Of a stretch of DNA of 64,000 nucleotides, positions 34,544-44,206 are shown in pieces. The DNA comes from Candidatus Woesearchaeota archaeon (lineage in GTDB: Archaea; Nanobdellota; Nanobdellia; Woesearchaeales; ARS49). The translations under genes and the position numbers were made by a program. The notes beneath the pieces were generated by a model. It searched no databases. It worked only from the letters and a program-made list of their open reading frames with translations, and was not told the DNA's origin. Numbering within the stretch: position 1 is the first letter of the stretch; each line of letters begins with the position of its first letter. The stretch covers positions 537 through 64,536 of the forward strand of contig JACRKG010000011.1 in NCBI GenBank assembly GCA_016215315.1, given 5' to 3'.

Positions 34544-35470
34544 ATGAAAAAAATATTTTTTGTTTTATTAATTATCTTTTTGATTCCTGTAGTTTATGCG
34601 GGAGCATATGGTGCCGGTGCTTACGGTGCGGGAGATTATGGTGTTGGAGAGGCCGCTGCATCTCCTAGCACGACTAGTGAATCAAGAACAACAACAGAAA
34701 CAACTACGGAAGATACTGGAAGATTTGATCCTAAATCTTATCTTGGCTTTGTTGCAAATTTTATTGCTCCTGGAAGCATTGCAGAATTGAGTAAAACAAA
34801 TAAAATAACTAAGACAGTAACTGCAATTAAAGGCAGTTTAGATTCTGTTGTTTTATTCAGGTTAAATGCTCAAACACACACAGTTATGTTGGATAAAGTT
34901 GATGAGCAAACTAAAACTGTTTCGTTCATTTTAGCTTCGGAGCCTCAATTTTTTAGTTTGAAAGAGAATGAAAAAATGCAGTTTGATTTAGATGGAGATT
35001 TATTTGCTGAGACTGAAGTTTCTGCAGGCAACACTAATTATAGTAAATTAAGTACTGATGTGAGTATTTCTTGGGTAGAAAACCAGACAATGATAACGAC
35101 AGTTACAAAGCAAGAAAGCGAGACACCCTCCACTAAAAAAGAGATAACACCAGGCACAGAACTAAAAATTTCAGAAACAAAAAAAACAGAAACAATTACA
35201 GAACTAAAGAAGGAAGAATTAAAATTACAACCAAAAGATTTTGTATCTTTCAAAGAATTCTTTGAAAGTGCTAAAGAATCTCTCGAAAATGTTAAAACAC
35301 TTTTCGAGAAATTCACGAACAAGATTTTTGATGAAATAAAAAAACATCCAGAAGTAAATATGCTCATTCTAGAAATTGCTTCAGGAGTTGCCGTTTTTGT
35401 ATTAGTAATAACATTTGTATTGTTCAAAAGTCATCGCAAGAAGCGTAAAGAAAGAGTACAAGAAATATAA
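34544..35470 (+). CDS. surface-anchored protein: signal peptide, GAYGAG repeats, Thr-rich linker, C-terminal TM anchor
   Basis: Starts 2 nt after the previous stop. AGAYGAGAYGAGDYGVG repeats. C-terminal helix then KSHRKKRKER. Confidence 0.55.
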   Translation: MKKIFFVLLIIFLIPVVYAGAYGAGAYGAGDYGVGEAAASPSTTSESRTTTETTTEDTGRFDPKSYLGFVANFIAPGSIAELSKTNKITKTVTAIKGSLDSVVLFRLNAQTHTVMLDKVDEQTKTVSFILASEPQFFSLKENEKMQFDLDGDLFAETEVSAGNTNYSKLSTDVSISWVENQTMITTVTKQESETPSTKKEITPGTELKISETKKTETITELKKEELKLQPKDFVSFKEFFESAKESLENVKTLFEKFTNKIFDEIKKHPEVNMLILEIASGVAVFVLVITFVLFKSHRKKRKERVQEI

Positions 35471-35484
35471 ACCGTTAAGAACTA

Positions 35485-35874
35485 TCAATAATTTTGAACT
35501 TTTATTCCACGTATTCTTTTGAAATGTTCTTGATTTCTAGTTACAACTATATCCACGCCTTTACTCAGAGCAATTCCCGCAGTCAAACAATCACAATCCG
35601 AAATTTCTTTCCCGGATTTTATTAATTCTGCAGATATTTCAGCTGATTTTATGATTGAATTATTATCCAAAGAGAGCACTCTTAAATCTTCAAAAACTTC
35701 CATAACTTCTCTTAATTTAGGCAGAGACATTCCTCTCAAAAATAATCCTCTCATTAATTCATACATATTTATCTGAGTGGTAAGCAATGGACTTTTTGAC
35801 TCAATTAATTTAAGTGCATCTTCATTTCCTCTTGACAAATCAATTAAAAAAGTGGTGTCTAAAACTTTCATCAT
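35485..35874 (-). CDS. vapC: PIN-domain ribonuclease toxin VapC
   Basis: MKVLDTTFLIDL with conserved acidic residues of the PIN fold. 129 aa. Confidence 0.75.
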   Translation of the reverse strand: MMKVLDTTFLIDLSRGNEDALKLIESKSPLLTTQINMYELMRGLFLRGMSLPKLREVMEVFEDLRVLSLDNNSIIKSAEISAELIKSGKEISDCDCLTAGIALSKGVDIVVTRNQEHFKRIRGIKVQNY

Positions 35875-36101
35875 AACCTCGATCTAATCATTTTTATATT
35901 TTTGGATCTTATTTTTTTCAAATCTTCAAGCATCTTTTCTCCTTCTGTTTCGGATATTATTCCAAACAAATCTTTCCAAGTTTTTGCTTCTTTTTTAGAA
36001 AAAACTCGAACTATCTCCTCTGAAAAACTTTCATTTTCAAATTTATTATTAAAAAGCAAGCCATATGAATCTTCAGTGATTGTTATAGTTTTTGTTGTCA
36101 T
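35871..36101 (-). CDS. vapB: VapB-type antitoxin (76 aa)
   Basis: MTTKTITITEDSYGLL N-terminal DNA-binding beta-strand motif. 4-nt overlap with vapC. Start at the internal Met. Confidence 0.5.
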   Translation of the reverse strand: MTTKTITITEDSYGLLFNNKFENESFSEEIVRVFSKKEAKTWKDLFGIISETEGEKMLEDLKKIRSKNIKMIRSRL

Positions 36102-36206
36102 AAACATACGTGTATGTTTACTTGTATATAAACTTTTCGTGCCTTTAAAAACTATCTTCAATAAGCAAGAAAAGCTTAAATACCCATTTTTCTTTTTGTA
36201 TGTATT

Positions 36207-36509
36207 GTGAAAATAACCATCGATACTAAGTTGGATTCAAAAGAGGAGATAAGGAGAGCTGTTGAATTATTAAATAATTTAATGGGAACTAGGAATAGTT
36301 CTGAGCACAGAAATATTTTTGATGATAATACTTCTTCCAGTGTTAGCAATCCTCTCAACATGTTCGATACTAGTAATTCGAGTCCTCCACCAAGTAGTTC
36401 TAGTAGTTCATCAAATGCGTTTAATTCTATGTTTAATAATGAGCCTGAATTAAAAGAAGAAAAGAATGATGACAATGATGATTCAGTTCCTGAGATAGAA
36501 TTCTACTAA
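36207..36509 (+). CDS. hypothetical Ser-rich acidic protein
   Basis: Low-complexity (SSPPPSSSSSSS), acidic C-terminus. Confidence 0.35.
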   Translation: MKITIDTKLDSKEEIRRAVELLNNLMGTRNSSEHRNIFDDNTSSSVSNPLNMFDTSNSSPPPSSSSSSSNAFNSMFNNEPELKEEKNDDNDDSVPEIEFY

Positions 36510-36511
36510 AA

Positions 36512-36588
36512 TAGTTTATAGTTCACAGTTTATGGTTTATAGGTCAATAAGTTTTTTACTGTAAACTCCGAACTACAAACTATAAACT
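36512..36588. repeat. intergenic repeat-family copy forming a long hairpin between convergent genes; abuts both flanking stop codons
   Basis: AGTTTATAGTTCACAGTTTATGGTTTATAGG-N17-CTGTAAACTCCGAACTACAAACTATAAACT. Confidence 0.7.
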
Positions 36589-36589
36589 T

Positions 36590-36913
36590 TTATTCTAAAT
36601 CTAGAATGTATCCGTCGTATTTTTCGTTAAAGTATAAATCAATTAGTGCTTCTACTGCTTCTAATTGTCCGTGAAGTTCTTCTATGTTGCTTATTGCTTT
36701 GGATACTCTTCGCGAGGCAAGTGCGAATTTTTCTTTTTCGTTAATTGTAGGTGTTGCTGGTGCCACTATTTCACTCAAAGTTTTTCCTGAAGAATAATTT
36801 TTTTTCAGAACACTGTATTCTCTTAAAACAGTTGCTATGTATGCAATATCACTTTTTACTGGTTTTAGTGCTTTGACGATGCTCTTTTGGAGACCGTCAA
36901 GTTCATCAGCCAT
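36590..36913 (-). CDS. hypothetical alpha-helical protein at the distal end of the ribosomal/RNAP cluster
   Basis: 107 aa, no CxxC. Not RpoN/RpoK-like. Confidence 0.45.
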   Translation of the reverse strand: MADELDGLQKSIVKALKPVKSDIAYIATVLREYSVLKKNYSSGKTLSEIVAPATPTINEKEKFALASRRVSKAISNIEELHGQLEAVEALIDLYFNEKYDGYILDLE

Positions 36914-36914
36914 T

Positions 36915-37310
36915 TTATCTGTAGCTTTTTTGTCTTTTTGATCTTGCTTTACCGTGAGTGTTTGGCTTTCTACTTTCTCTTTGCCTTACATCCGGAACTA
37001 ACAAAGTTCTATCATAATCTAAGAATTGTTGGCGTAATTTTTTGTTGTGTTCTGCTAAAACTTTTGATACTGCAACTCTTATAGCATCAGATTGGGAGCT
37101 CATTCCTCCGCCAGAAACGCTTACTTGAATATTAACTTTACTTGCTGTTTCTCCTGCAATTTGTAGTGGTTCTTTTATTTTATCTTTATACATTTGAGTA
37201 GAATAATTTTCTAGTAATTGTGAATTAATTCTAACTATTCCTGTGCCTTCGCTTAGTGTTGCTCTTGCGATTGCTTTTTTTCTTGTTCCTACTTCATGAA
37301 TTACTTTCAT
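36915..37310 (-). CDS. rps9: 30S ribosomal protein S9 (uS9)
   Basis: Conserved uS9 core and basic C-terminal tail ...KARSKRQKSYR. Confidence 0.9.
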   Translation of the reverse strand: MKVIHEVGTRKKAIARATLSEGTGIVRINSQLLENYSTQMYKDKIKEPLQIAGETASKVNIQVSVSGGGMSSQSDAIRVAVSKVLAEHNKKLRQQFLDYDRTLLVPDVRQRESRKPNTHGKARSKRQKSYR

Positions 37311-37822
37311 CTTTTACCACCTATTGATTTAATGACATCAGCAATACTTGTGAATTTGACAACTCCTCTTTCTGTAACGTCTGCATTTTTTAGTGTTATT
37401 GCTTTTCCTTTAAATTCTTCAGGTACGCCTAAATAACACATTACTCTTTGAAAAGCTTCTCTACCTCTAGTTCTTTTGAATGGGAGCATTTTTTTTATTA
37501 TTCTTCTTAAAAATCGGTCGGGTAATCTTGATAAGAATGGTCCTTTGTTTTGTTTTCCTATTTCTCTTCTTTGGTATCTGTATTTTTCTGCAACTTGGTA
37601 TTTGTCGCCAGTTATTATTGCTTTTTCACTGTTAACAACTGCAACTTTGTTGCCTAGTAATGCTTGTTTTGCAACCCAGGATGCGAAACGTCCTACGATT
37701 AAGTTTGAAGCATCAAGTACTATTAAGTTTCTAGGAGTTGATTCTTGTTCTTTTGGTTCAGAATGTTCTTTTGGTTCATGAGTTTTTTCTTTCATGATTG
37801 GTTTTTTTTCTATTTTGTTCAT
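37307..37822 (-). CDS. rpl13: 50S ribosomal protein L13 (uL13) with N-terminal basic extension
   Basis: VIDASNLIVGRFASWVAKQALLGNKVAVVN core motif. Confidence 0.9.
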   Translation of the reverse strand: MNKIEKKPIMKEKTHEPKEHSEPKEQESTPRNLIVLDASNLIVGRFASWVAKQALLGNKVAVVNSEKAIITGDKYQVAEKYRYQRREIGKQNKGPFLSRLPDRFLRRIIKKMLPFKRTRGREAFQRVMCYLGVPEEFKGKAITLKNADVTERGVVKFTSIADVIKSIGGKR

Positions 37823-38178
37823 CCTAGTATCCTCACGTCTTTACCTTTTGGATTGTTTTTTAGTAATTCTTGAATTGTTAAACATTTTCCTTTTTGTTCA
37901 ATTTGGTTTTTTGCATCACTTGAAAATGATAGTGCTGCTACGTTTACTTTGTGATCAAGATTTCCACTGCCTAATACTTTTCCTGGGACTATAACTGTTT
38001 CATTGTCTTTTGTGAATCGGTTAATTCTTGAAACGTTAACAACTCTTCTTTTTCTTGTTGGTAATTCTAGATCGAGAGCTATTCTATTCCACAAGTCAGC
38101 TTTTTGTAATGCAGATTCTTTCTTTAACAAACTAATTAATTCTTGCAAATGTTCGTTTGTTGGCCCTGTACGTTTCAT
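37819..38178 (-). CDS. rpl18e: 50S ribosomal protein L18e (eL18)
   Basis: MKRTGPTNEHLQELISLLKK typical L18e N-terminus. Start at the internal Met, because the ORF-track start would overlap the tRNA. Confidence 0.8.
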   Translation of the reverse strand: MKRTGPTNEHLQELISLLKKESALQKADLWNRIALDLELPTRKRRVVNVSRINRFTKDNETVIVPGKVLGSGNLDHKVNVAALSFSSDAKNQIEQKGKCLTIQELLKNNPKGKDVRILG

Positions 38179-38227
38179 TTTGATTTGTTGTTTTACTTTT
38201 TTATGTTGATCGCATCGATTTAATGAT

Positions 38228-38312
38228 GCGGAGGAAGGGATTCGAACCCTCGCAGGCAATAAGCCACTAGACCCTCAATCTAGCACATTTGACCAGGCTC
38301 TGTCACCTCCGC
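38228..38312 (-). tRNA. tRNA-Leu (anticodon GAG), class II with long variable arm
   Basis: Reverse complement GCGGAGGTGACAGAGCCTGGTCAAATGTGCTAGATTGAGGGTCTAG-TGGCTTATTGCCTGCGA-GGGTTCGAATCCCTTCCTCCGCA. Anticodon loop TTGAGGG. Confidence 0.85.
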
Positions 38313-38314
38313 AT

Positions 38315-39097
38315 TTAGAGTTTCTCGTCCAACTCTTTAAGTTGGTTTTGGAGTATTTCTAAAGCGGCAGTAAGCATCTCTTTGGGAGATAACTGGCCCC
38401 ATGGCTCTATGAAAAATAAAAATTGGTCTTTTTCGTATTCTAATTTTACTACGTCATCACAGATTCCTTCTACGGTGTCTATTAAGTTTAGTTCTATGAT
38501 TAGGTCTTTGTCGATTTTTCCATTTTTGAAAATTTGTGGTGGATACTTGTCTTTGAATTCTTCAAACTTACTGCTACTATTGTTTATTGTTAGTTTTGGA
38601 TAATTAATGTACCAACAAAGTCCCGGACTCCATTTGACGTGCTCTTGCCCTCTTCCCAATATTGCTGTTCCAGTTAATTCTAGCTCTTGACCTTTCAATA
38701 ATTTAACTATCAGCAAGTCTGGTTGTGCAGGTTTTACTTTTGGATCTTTGCTTTTCAAGTCTTTTGCGTAAACATTACAAGGTCCTTTAGCTTTGAGAGT
38801 TAATTGTACGGAACTTTTTGCGCTTCTGTCTGCTCCAAAAGCATTTTTTTCTTCTTCTGAAGGTAAGTCATATCCTTTTAAGTCGGTTGTTAATGGAATT
38901 AGTCCTATTCTTAATCCTAGCATTTCATCATAGAGTGCTGAACTGTTTTGTGCGATTTCTAAATCTTCTATTGCCATTGTAGGAACGCTATCAATGATAA
39001 GTCTTCTTACTGCGTTAGCCATTGCTTCGTTTATTCCTTTAATGTGAAGAGCTACTTTTCCTGTGAGTTTGTCTTTGCTTAATTGTTTTATGTTCAT
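38315..39097 (-). CDS. rpoD: DNA-directed RNA polymerase subunit D (Rpo3)
   Basis: RpoD/RPB3 dimerisation motifs. Position between uS11 and L18e as in archaeal operons. Confidence 0.85.
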   Translation of the reverse strand: MNIKQLSKDKLTGKVALHIKGINEAMANAVRRLIIDSVPTMAIEDLEIAQNSSALYDEMLGLRIGLIPLTTDLKGYDLPSEEEKNAFGADRSAKSSVQLTLKAKGPCNVYAKDLKSKDPKVKPAQPDLLIVKLLKGQELELTGTAILGRGQEHVKWSPGLCWYINYPKLTINNSSSKFEEFKDKYPPQIFKNGKIDKDLIIELNLIDTVEGICDDVVKLEYEKDQFLFFIEPWGQLSPKEMLTAALEILQNQLKELDEKL

Positions 39098-39615
39098 ACT
39101 CTTCTACCTCTTCTTCCTCCTTTCTTTCTGCATCCACCATGTGGTAAAGGAGTTACATCTTCAATAAAGCCTACTTTTATTCCCATTCTTGATAATGTTC
39201 TGATTACAGCTTGTGCTCCTGGTCCTGGAGTTGTTGGTCCATTGTGGCCTCCTGGAGCTCTTATTTTTACGTGAACTCCTTGAACTCCTTTGTCTCTTAA
39301 TTGGTCTCCAACAAGTTTTGCAGCCATCATTGCTGCTGTTGTTGAGCCTTCACTTCTATCACTCTTAACTACTACTCCACCACTGCTTTTTGCTAAAGTT
39401 TCGCTACCAGTAACATCTGTTACTGTTATTATAGTATCGTTATATGATGCAAAAATGTGACATACTCCCCAGATTTGATCATTTCTTTGTTGAACTCTTT
39501 CTCTTGATTGTCTAAAACCACCGCCGCCTCCAGCGCCACCTCTATCTTGACCTTTCTTACCTTTGCTTTTATTTTCTCTTCTCTGTTCTACTTTTGGACT
39601 ATTCCTTCTTGCCAT
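39094..39615 (-). CDS. rps11: 30S ribosomal protein S11 (uS11) with Gly/Arg-rich N-terminal extension
   Basis: [18 protein letters not shown]...PGPGAQ conserved core. Confidence 0.9.
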   Translation of the reverse strand: MARRNSPKVEQRRENKSKGKKGQDRGGAGGGGGFRQSRERVQQRNDQIWGVCHIFASYNDTIITVTDVTGSETLAKSSGGVVVKSDRSEGSTTAAMMAAKLVGDQLRDKGVQGVHVKIRAPGGHNGPTTPGPGAQAVIRTLSRMGIKVGFIEDVTPLPHGGCRKKGGRRGRRV

Positions 39616-40198
39616 GTTGTTCCTTTTGTGTTTTTTCTTTTTTTACTTCTGGTTTTTTTACTTCTATTTTTTCTTTGCTTGGTTTTTTCTCAACTCTCAT
39701 TGGGTGATCTGCATTAGATAATTTTGATTTTGGAGTGAATGATATTCCTGCTTCTTCACCCTCACTCACTAAATATGCTGGTGAAGAAACTATTCTGTCT
39801 CCAATTTTAATGTGTTCATGGATTATGAATTGTCTTGCTTGTCTTACTGATCTTGCTAAGTTTTTTCTAAAAACTAAAGTTTGCAATCTTCTTTCTAAAA
39901 CATCTCGTAAGTTTAATGTTAAAACATCATCAAGACCTGCCTTGTCTGTCATTAAGTCTAGTTTTTGTAATTTTTGGAGCAATAATTGTTTTTCTTTGTT
40001 TGCTTGATCTGTTCTTAATGCAATTAATTTTTTAGCTTGACCCGTGAATTCTTTTAGGACACTGTTCATTTTCCAAATTTCTGTTTTATTCTTTAATCCA
40101 TACTCTAACAAAACTTTTTTTTCTTCTTCAATTCTTGCTCTTTCCCAAGGGTGTCTTGGTGTTGAGTATTTGTTTGTTATTTTTTTTATGTCTCCCAT
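39599..40198 (-). CDS. rps4: 30S ribosomal protein S4 (uS4) with Lys-rich C-terminal tail
   Basis: S4 domain ([29 protein letters not shown]). Confidence 0.9.
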   Translation of the reverse strand: MGDIKKITNKYSTPRHPWERARIEEEKKVLLEYGLKNKTEIWKMNSVLKEFTGQAKKLIALRTDQANKEKQLLLQKLQKLDLMTDKAGLDDVLTLNLRDVLERRLQTLVFRKNLARSVRQARQFIIHEHIKIGDRIVSSPAYLVSEGEEAGISFTPKSKLSNADHPMRVEKKPSKEKIEVKKPEVKKEKTQKEQHGKKE

Positions 40199-40678
40199 TT
40201 ATGTTGTTCCACCCTTCTTCTTACCTGCAATAGAAACTCCAAGTTTTGCTTTCTTCTTATTCTTTCTGAAGTTACTTCTTGTTCTTTGTCCTCTGACGGG
40301 TAATCCTAATATGTGTCTTACTCCTTTGTAACACTTTATTTTCTTCATCATTTTTATGTCTTCTTGTAATCTTAAGAATAATTCAGTAACACTTAAGTGC
40401 ATGTCTTCACCAGTATCCGGATCTTTTCTTCTATTAAATAACCAAGAAGGAATTCCTAATTTTGTTGGTGACTTTATTGCGTCCTCTACTTTTTTTAATT
40501 GTTCTTTTGATAAACTTCCTAATTTTGTAGCAGGATCTATACCTAAAACAACTAGAATGGCATTAGCAAACATAGTACCTACTCCTTTAATCTTTCTTAA
40601 TGCAAATAAGATTTGTTTATTTCCATCTAAATCTGTATTAAGCAGACGTATTAAGTTTTGTAATGGTTGATCCGACAT
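40199..40678 (-). CDS. rps13: 30S ribosomal protein S13 (uS13)
   Basis: KGVRHILGLPVRGQRTRSN signature. Confidence 0.9.
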   Translation of the reverse strand: MSDQPLQNLIRLLNTDLDGNKQILFALRKIKGVGTMFANAILVVLGIDPATKLGSLSKEQLKKVEDAIKSPTKLGIPSWLFNRRKDPDTGEDMHLSVTELFLRLQEDIKMMKKIKCYKGVRHILGLPVRGQRTRSNFRKNKKKAKLGVSIAGKKKGGTT

Positions 40679-40850
40679 TATTTTTTACCCCTAATAACCC
40701 AAGAAAATATGACAACCCTAAAATCGCCATAAAGACTCGGGCAGAACTTAGAGGAATCTTAGTTTATTTATAAAGCTTTCTAGAATTTTTGAGAAAGTGA
40801 AAAATCCACGTAGCAAAATTTAATTATTAGCTGTCCTTAATTACACCAAC

Positions 40851-41918
40851 ATGATTTATTTGGACAATGCAGCAAGCACTAAGGTTGATGAGAAAGTTTT
40901 GAAAGAAATGATTCCTTATTTTAGTACTGATTACGCAAATCCTAGTAGTGAGCATAAATTTGGCAAAAAAATTAGTAATGTAGTTCTCGAATGTAAAGCG
41001 AGAATTGGCAAAATACTTGGTTGCAGACCTGATGAAATATTCTTTACTAGTTGCGGTACAGAAAGCAATAATTGGGTCATTAATAGTTTTGATAAAATTA
41101 TTACTTCAGAAGTTGAGCACAAATCAATAATTGAACCTGCAAAACAAAAAAATGCAGTATTTTTGAAGCCAGATAATTTTGGAAGAATAAGTATAAAACA
41201 AGTTGAAAAAGTTTTAACTGAAGAAACAGAATTAGTAAGCATAATTTATGGAAACAACGAAATTGGCACCGTTAATGATATCCGAGAGATCGCAGCGGCC
41301 GTTAAAAAAAAAGGAAAATTATTCCACGTCGATTCCTGCCAATGTGGAATGCTTGATTTAAATGTAAGACCTCACATTGACTTAATGACATTAAATGGAA
41401 GTAAAATCAATGGACCTAAAGGAATTGGAATTCTTTACGCAAGTCTTGAAGCACAAGACAGTTTGAAACCATTATTAATTGGTGGAGGACAGCAAGAAGG
41501 TTTTAGGAGTGGAACTCTTAATGTTCCTGGAATTGTTGGGTTTACTAAAGCATTAGAATTATCACAGAAGATTGACAAAGAAAAACTTTATTTTCTGCGC
41601 AAATTTTTTGTTGAGCAAACAAAAAATTTAGGTGGGCAAATTAATGGACACCCAACAGAAGTCTTACCTCACATTATTAGTGTTAGTTTTCCTGGAAAAG
41701 AAGCATTACACTTATTGCAAAAACTAGAAGAGAACAATATTATTGCTAGCGCAGGTAGTGCTTGCACGAGTAAAACAATAGAACCAAATCACGTGCTTAA
41801 AGCAATTGGTTTGAATAATTCTGCAAGCAAAGGAACAATAAGATTCAGTCTAGGAAAAAACACAACAAAAGAGGAATTAAGTAAAGTTGTTGAATTGTTG
41901 GGAAAAGTACTTTTGTGA
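40851..41918 (+). CDS. cysteine desulfurase-like class V aminotransferase (NifS/IscS-type, short form)
   Basis: PLP-Lys region LNGSKINGPKGIG, SGTLNVPGIVG, active-site Cys loop SAGSAC. Confidence 0.75.
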   Translation: MIYLDNAASTKVDEKVLKEMIPYFSTDYANPSSEHKFGKKISNVVLECKARIGKILGCRPDEIFFTSCGTESNNWVINSFDKIITSEVEHKSIIEPAKQKNAVFLKPDNFGRISIKQVEKVLTEETELVSIIYGNNEIGTVNDIREIAAAVKKKGKLFHVDSCQCGMLDLNVRPHIDLMTLNGSKINGPKGIGILYASLEAQDSLKPLLIGGGQQEGFRSGTLNVPGIVGFTKALELSQKIDKEKLYFLRKFFVEQTKNLGGQINGHPTEVLPHIISVSFPGKEALHLLQKLEENNIIASAGSACTSKTIEPNHVLKAIGLNNSASKGTIRFSLGKNTTKEELSKVVELLGKVLL

Positions 41919-41981
41919 CCTCTCAGATAGCAAAGGTTATAAGATTTGTTGCATTTCATTATTTTATTGGAGGTTTTTGTT

Positions 41982-42584
41982 ATGAAAAACAAACAAACCA
42001 GTTTAGGAAATCCATTTACGGATTTAGAAAATCTAGTTGATTATTTGACTATTACCACTTGGAATATGGGCGCAGGCATGCCTGATTTGCAAATTGAAGC
42101 AGCTCCGCTCAAAACATATCTTCTAGGTTTTTATGTAGGAGATAAAAATTTAGCAGCACAAGCTGCAGAAGAACTTTTGAAAAAAGACCCGTTCAAAGCA
42201 TATCAAGCAGGAAAGTGTTCTCAAAATCAAAACTTAGCAGAAAGAGCAGTTGTTGTATTAATAGAAAAAGATGCTGAAAAAGCATACAAAATTGCAAAAC
42301 ACCAAGCACAGGATAAACAATTTTATGAAAAAGCAGTTCAAGCACTTGTTCAGGAAAATCCATTGAAGGCTTGCGGAGTTGGTTTAAGAGAAGAAGATGA
42401 TTATTTGTTAAGAAATGCAGGCAGAGCTCTTCTTAAAGTTAATCCTAGAAAAGCACATTCCGTTGGGAGATATTATGAAGATAAAAAACTCATGACTGAT
42501 GCAGAACAATTAATCAAACAAAAAAGAAAACTTTCAAGAAATCCTGTGAGCCATTCAGATATGTTCGAACTCCTGGGAATATAA
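41982..42584 (+). CDS. hypothetical alpha-helical repeat protein
   Basis: Repeated ...P.KAYQ/KAYK/KACG/KAHS... helical-hairpin units. Confidence 0.4.
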   Translation: MKNKQTSLGNPFTDLENLVDYLTITTWNMGAGMPDLQIEAAPLKTYLLGFYVGDKNLAAQAAEELLKKDPFKAYQAGKCSQNQNLAERAVVVLIEKDAEKAYKIAKHQAQDKQFYEKAVQALVQENPLKACGVGLREEDDYLLRNAGRALLKVNPRKAHSVGRYYEDKKLMTDAEQLIKQKRKLSRNPVSHSDMFELLGI

Positions 42585-42706
42585 AACAGTCTTGAATTGT
42601 GTGAGATCATGCTAAAACTTTCTTTTGTTTTTTTATTTCTTTTTCAACTTCTTCAAAAATAACCTCTAAATAAAATTTTCTTAATGCTTTTCCATTAATG
42701 CTTTCT

Positions 42707-44059
42707 TTATCGTACTTGCCAGTATCCGCCTTTATCAGGACCTATCCTTTTGATTATTTTTTTATCTTTGAGTATTGCTAATTGTTTTTCTACAGCTCTT
42801 TGAGAAATTCCAATTATTCTGGCCATTTGTCTTGCATTAATGTGTTTGTTTTCTTTTATTAGAGCAATAATTTTCTCCGAACTTCTCTCCGAACCTTCTC
42901 CGAACTTTTCTTCAGCTCTTTCAGAAAAGTACTCTCTTTTGAATTTTATTTTAAAATTTCCTTGGTTTTCTTCAAAAGTTGGAAGGGATAATTTGTTTTC
43001 TTTGAGTAAATTTATAATGTTTATTGTTCCTTTGCCCCAAGTATCAATGTATCCAGTTAGAAAAAATATTTTCGCGATTAGTGGATTGCGTAATTCTGAA
43101 TCATGTTCTTTGTAGAGGTCTTTAATTTTTATTTCTGCAGGAAGTTTTCCCGGGTTTGAGATTGTTATTGATTCGTCATGTATTTTTAGGCATACAAAAC
43201 TATTTTTTCTGTAGTCTCTGTGTATTAATGCGTTAAGTACTGCTTCTCTTAATGCTTCAATTGGTATTTCCCAGCTTTCTTTTCTTCTGAATTCTTCAAT
43301 TCTAGCTCGCACGTGTAGATGATCTTTAAAGAAGGAAAGAGCCCCTTCGAGTAATTGAAATAAATTCCCGTTAAAATCTCTAATGTCCGCAAATTCTTCT
43401 GTTGTTCCTTTGAAACGCCCGCATTTCAAAGTAATGTTTGGAAAGAATCGGTCTGAATTTTTTCCAAAAACAACAACCGCGGCATTTGTCAAACCTTCAC
43501 TAAAAAATAAACCTAATTTTCTTAGAATTGTCTTTTTACTTGTATCTGTTATAATCATTCTTTTTGATTCTTTGGCTAATTTAACAAAAGAATTTACTGT
43601 TTCGTTATCAATGTCTTTTAATGAAGCTTCTTCGCAAATTTCATCATCCCATCTTAGCTTATCTTCATTCTTGTCAACAAACAAATTTTCTAATTCTTTA
43701 GCACTCAACTGTCTGTCCTCGTCGCCAACTCTTGTGTACGCGCGTCCATAAGAAAAATAAGGTTTTTCTGAGCCTTCAAAATCCACAATAACATAATTCT
43801 TACCATTCAAGTCAATTCTGTTGATTTTTGGATAAATCTTTGGTTCTACGTGGTCGCTAATGGCTTTAGAGATTTCTCTTAAAGTATTTTCTGTGACGTT
43901 TTGTCCAACAACCTCACCATCATTTTTTACACCAAAATATAATTGCCCTTTGCCGTGTTTATTTAAAATAGCAACTATTGAGATAATTGCTTCTTTAAGC
44001 TCGGAAGTAGATTTTTTTAGTTCTACTGTTTCGTTTTCCTTTAATTTGTCTTTCGTCAT
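42707..44059 (-). CDS. AlbA_2 (Schlafen-like) domain ATP-binding protein with C-terminal winged-HTH
   Basis: N-terminus VELKKSTSELKEAIISIVAILNKHGKGQLYFGVKNDGEVVG (AlbA_2), HATPase-like middle, C-terminal HTH (INARQMARIIGISQRAVEKQLAILK). Confidence 0.65.
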   Translation of the reverse strand: MTKDKLKENETVELKKSTSELKEAIISIVAILNKHGKGQLYFGVKNDGEVVGQNVTENTLREISKAISDHVEPKIYPKINRIDLNGKNYVIVDFEGSEKPYFSYGRAYTRVGDEDRQLSAKELENLFVDKNEDKLRWDDEICEEASLKDIDNETVNSFVKLAKESKRMIITDTSKKTILRKLGLFFSEGLTNAAVVVFGKNSDRFFPNITLKCGRFKGTTEEFADIRDFNGNLFQLLEGALSFFKDHLHVRARIEEFRRKESWEIPIEALREAVLNALIHRDYRKNSFVCLKIHDESITISNPGKLPAEIKIKDLYKEHDSELRNPLIAKIFFLTGYIDTWGKGTINIINLLKENKLSLPTFEENQGNFKIKFKREYFSERAEEKFGEGSERSSEKIIALIKENKHINARQMARIIGISQRAVEKQLAILKDKKIIKRIGPDKGGYWQVR

Positions 44060-44206
44060 TTTTTTATTAAAGGAAAGTTTTAATTAACAATAACAAAATA
44101 AATATTTCCATCAAAAAGATCAAAATCATCATTGAGTCTATGTGATGTTTGTTGCAAAATGTTTGTACTCGTCGATAAACTTGAATCATACCACACATTT
44201 AGCACT

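Noticed and set aside
42840-43751. Plus-strand ORFs 42840..43115 and 43383..43751
   Set aside because: Antisense to the AlbA_2 gene, which has coherent domain structure across its full length.
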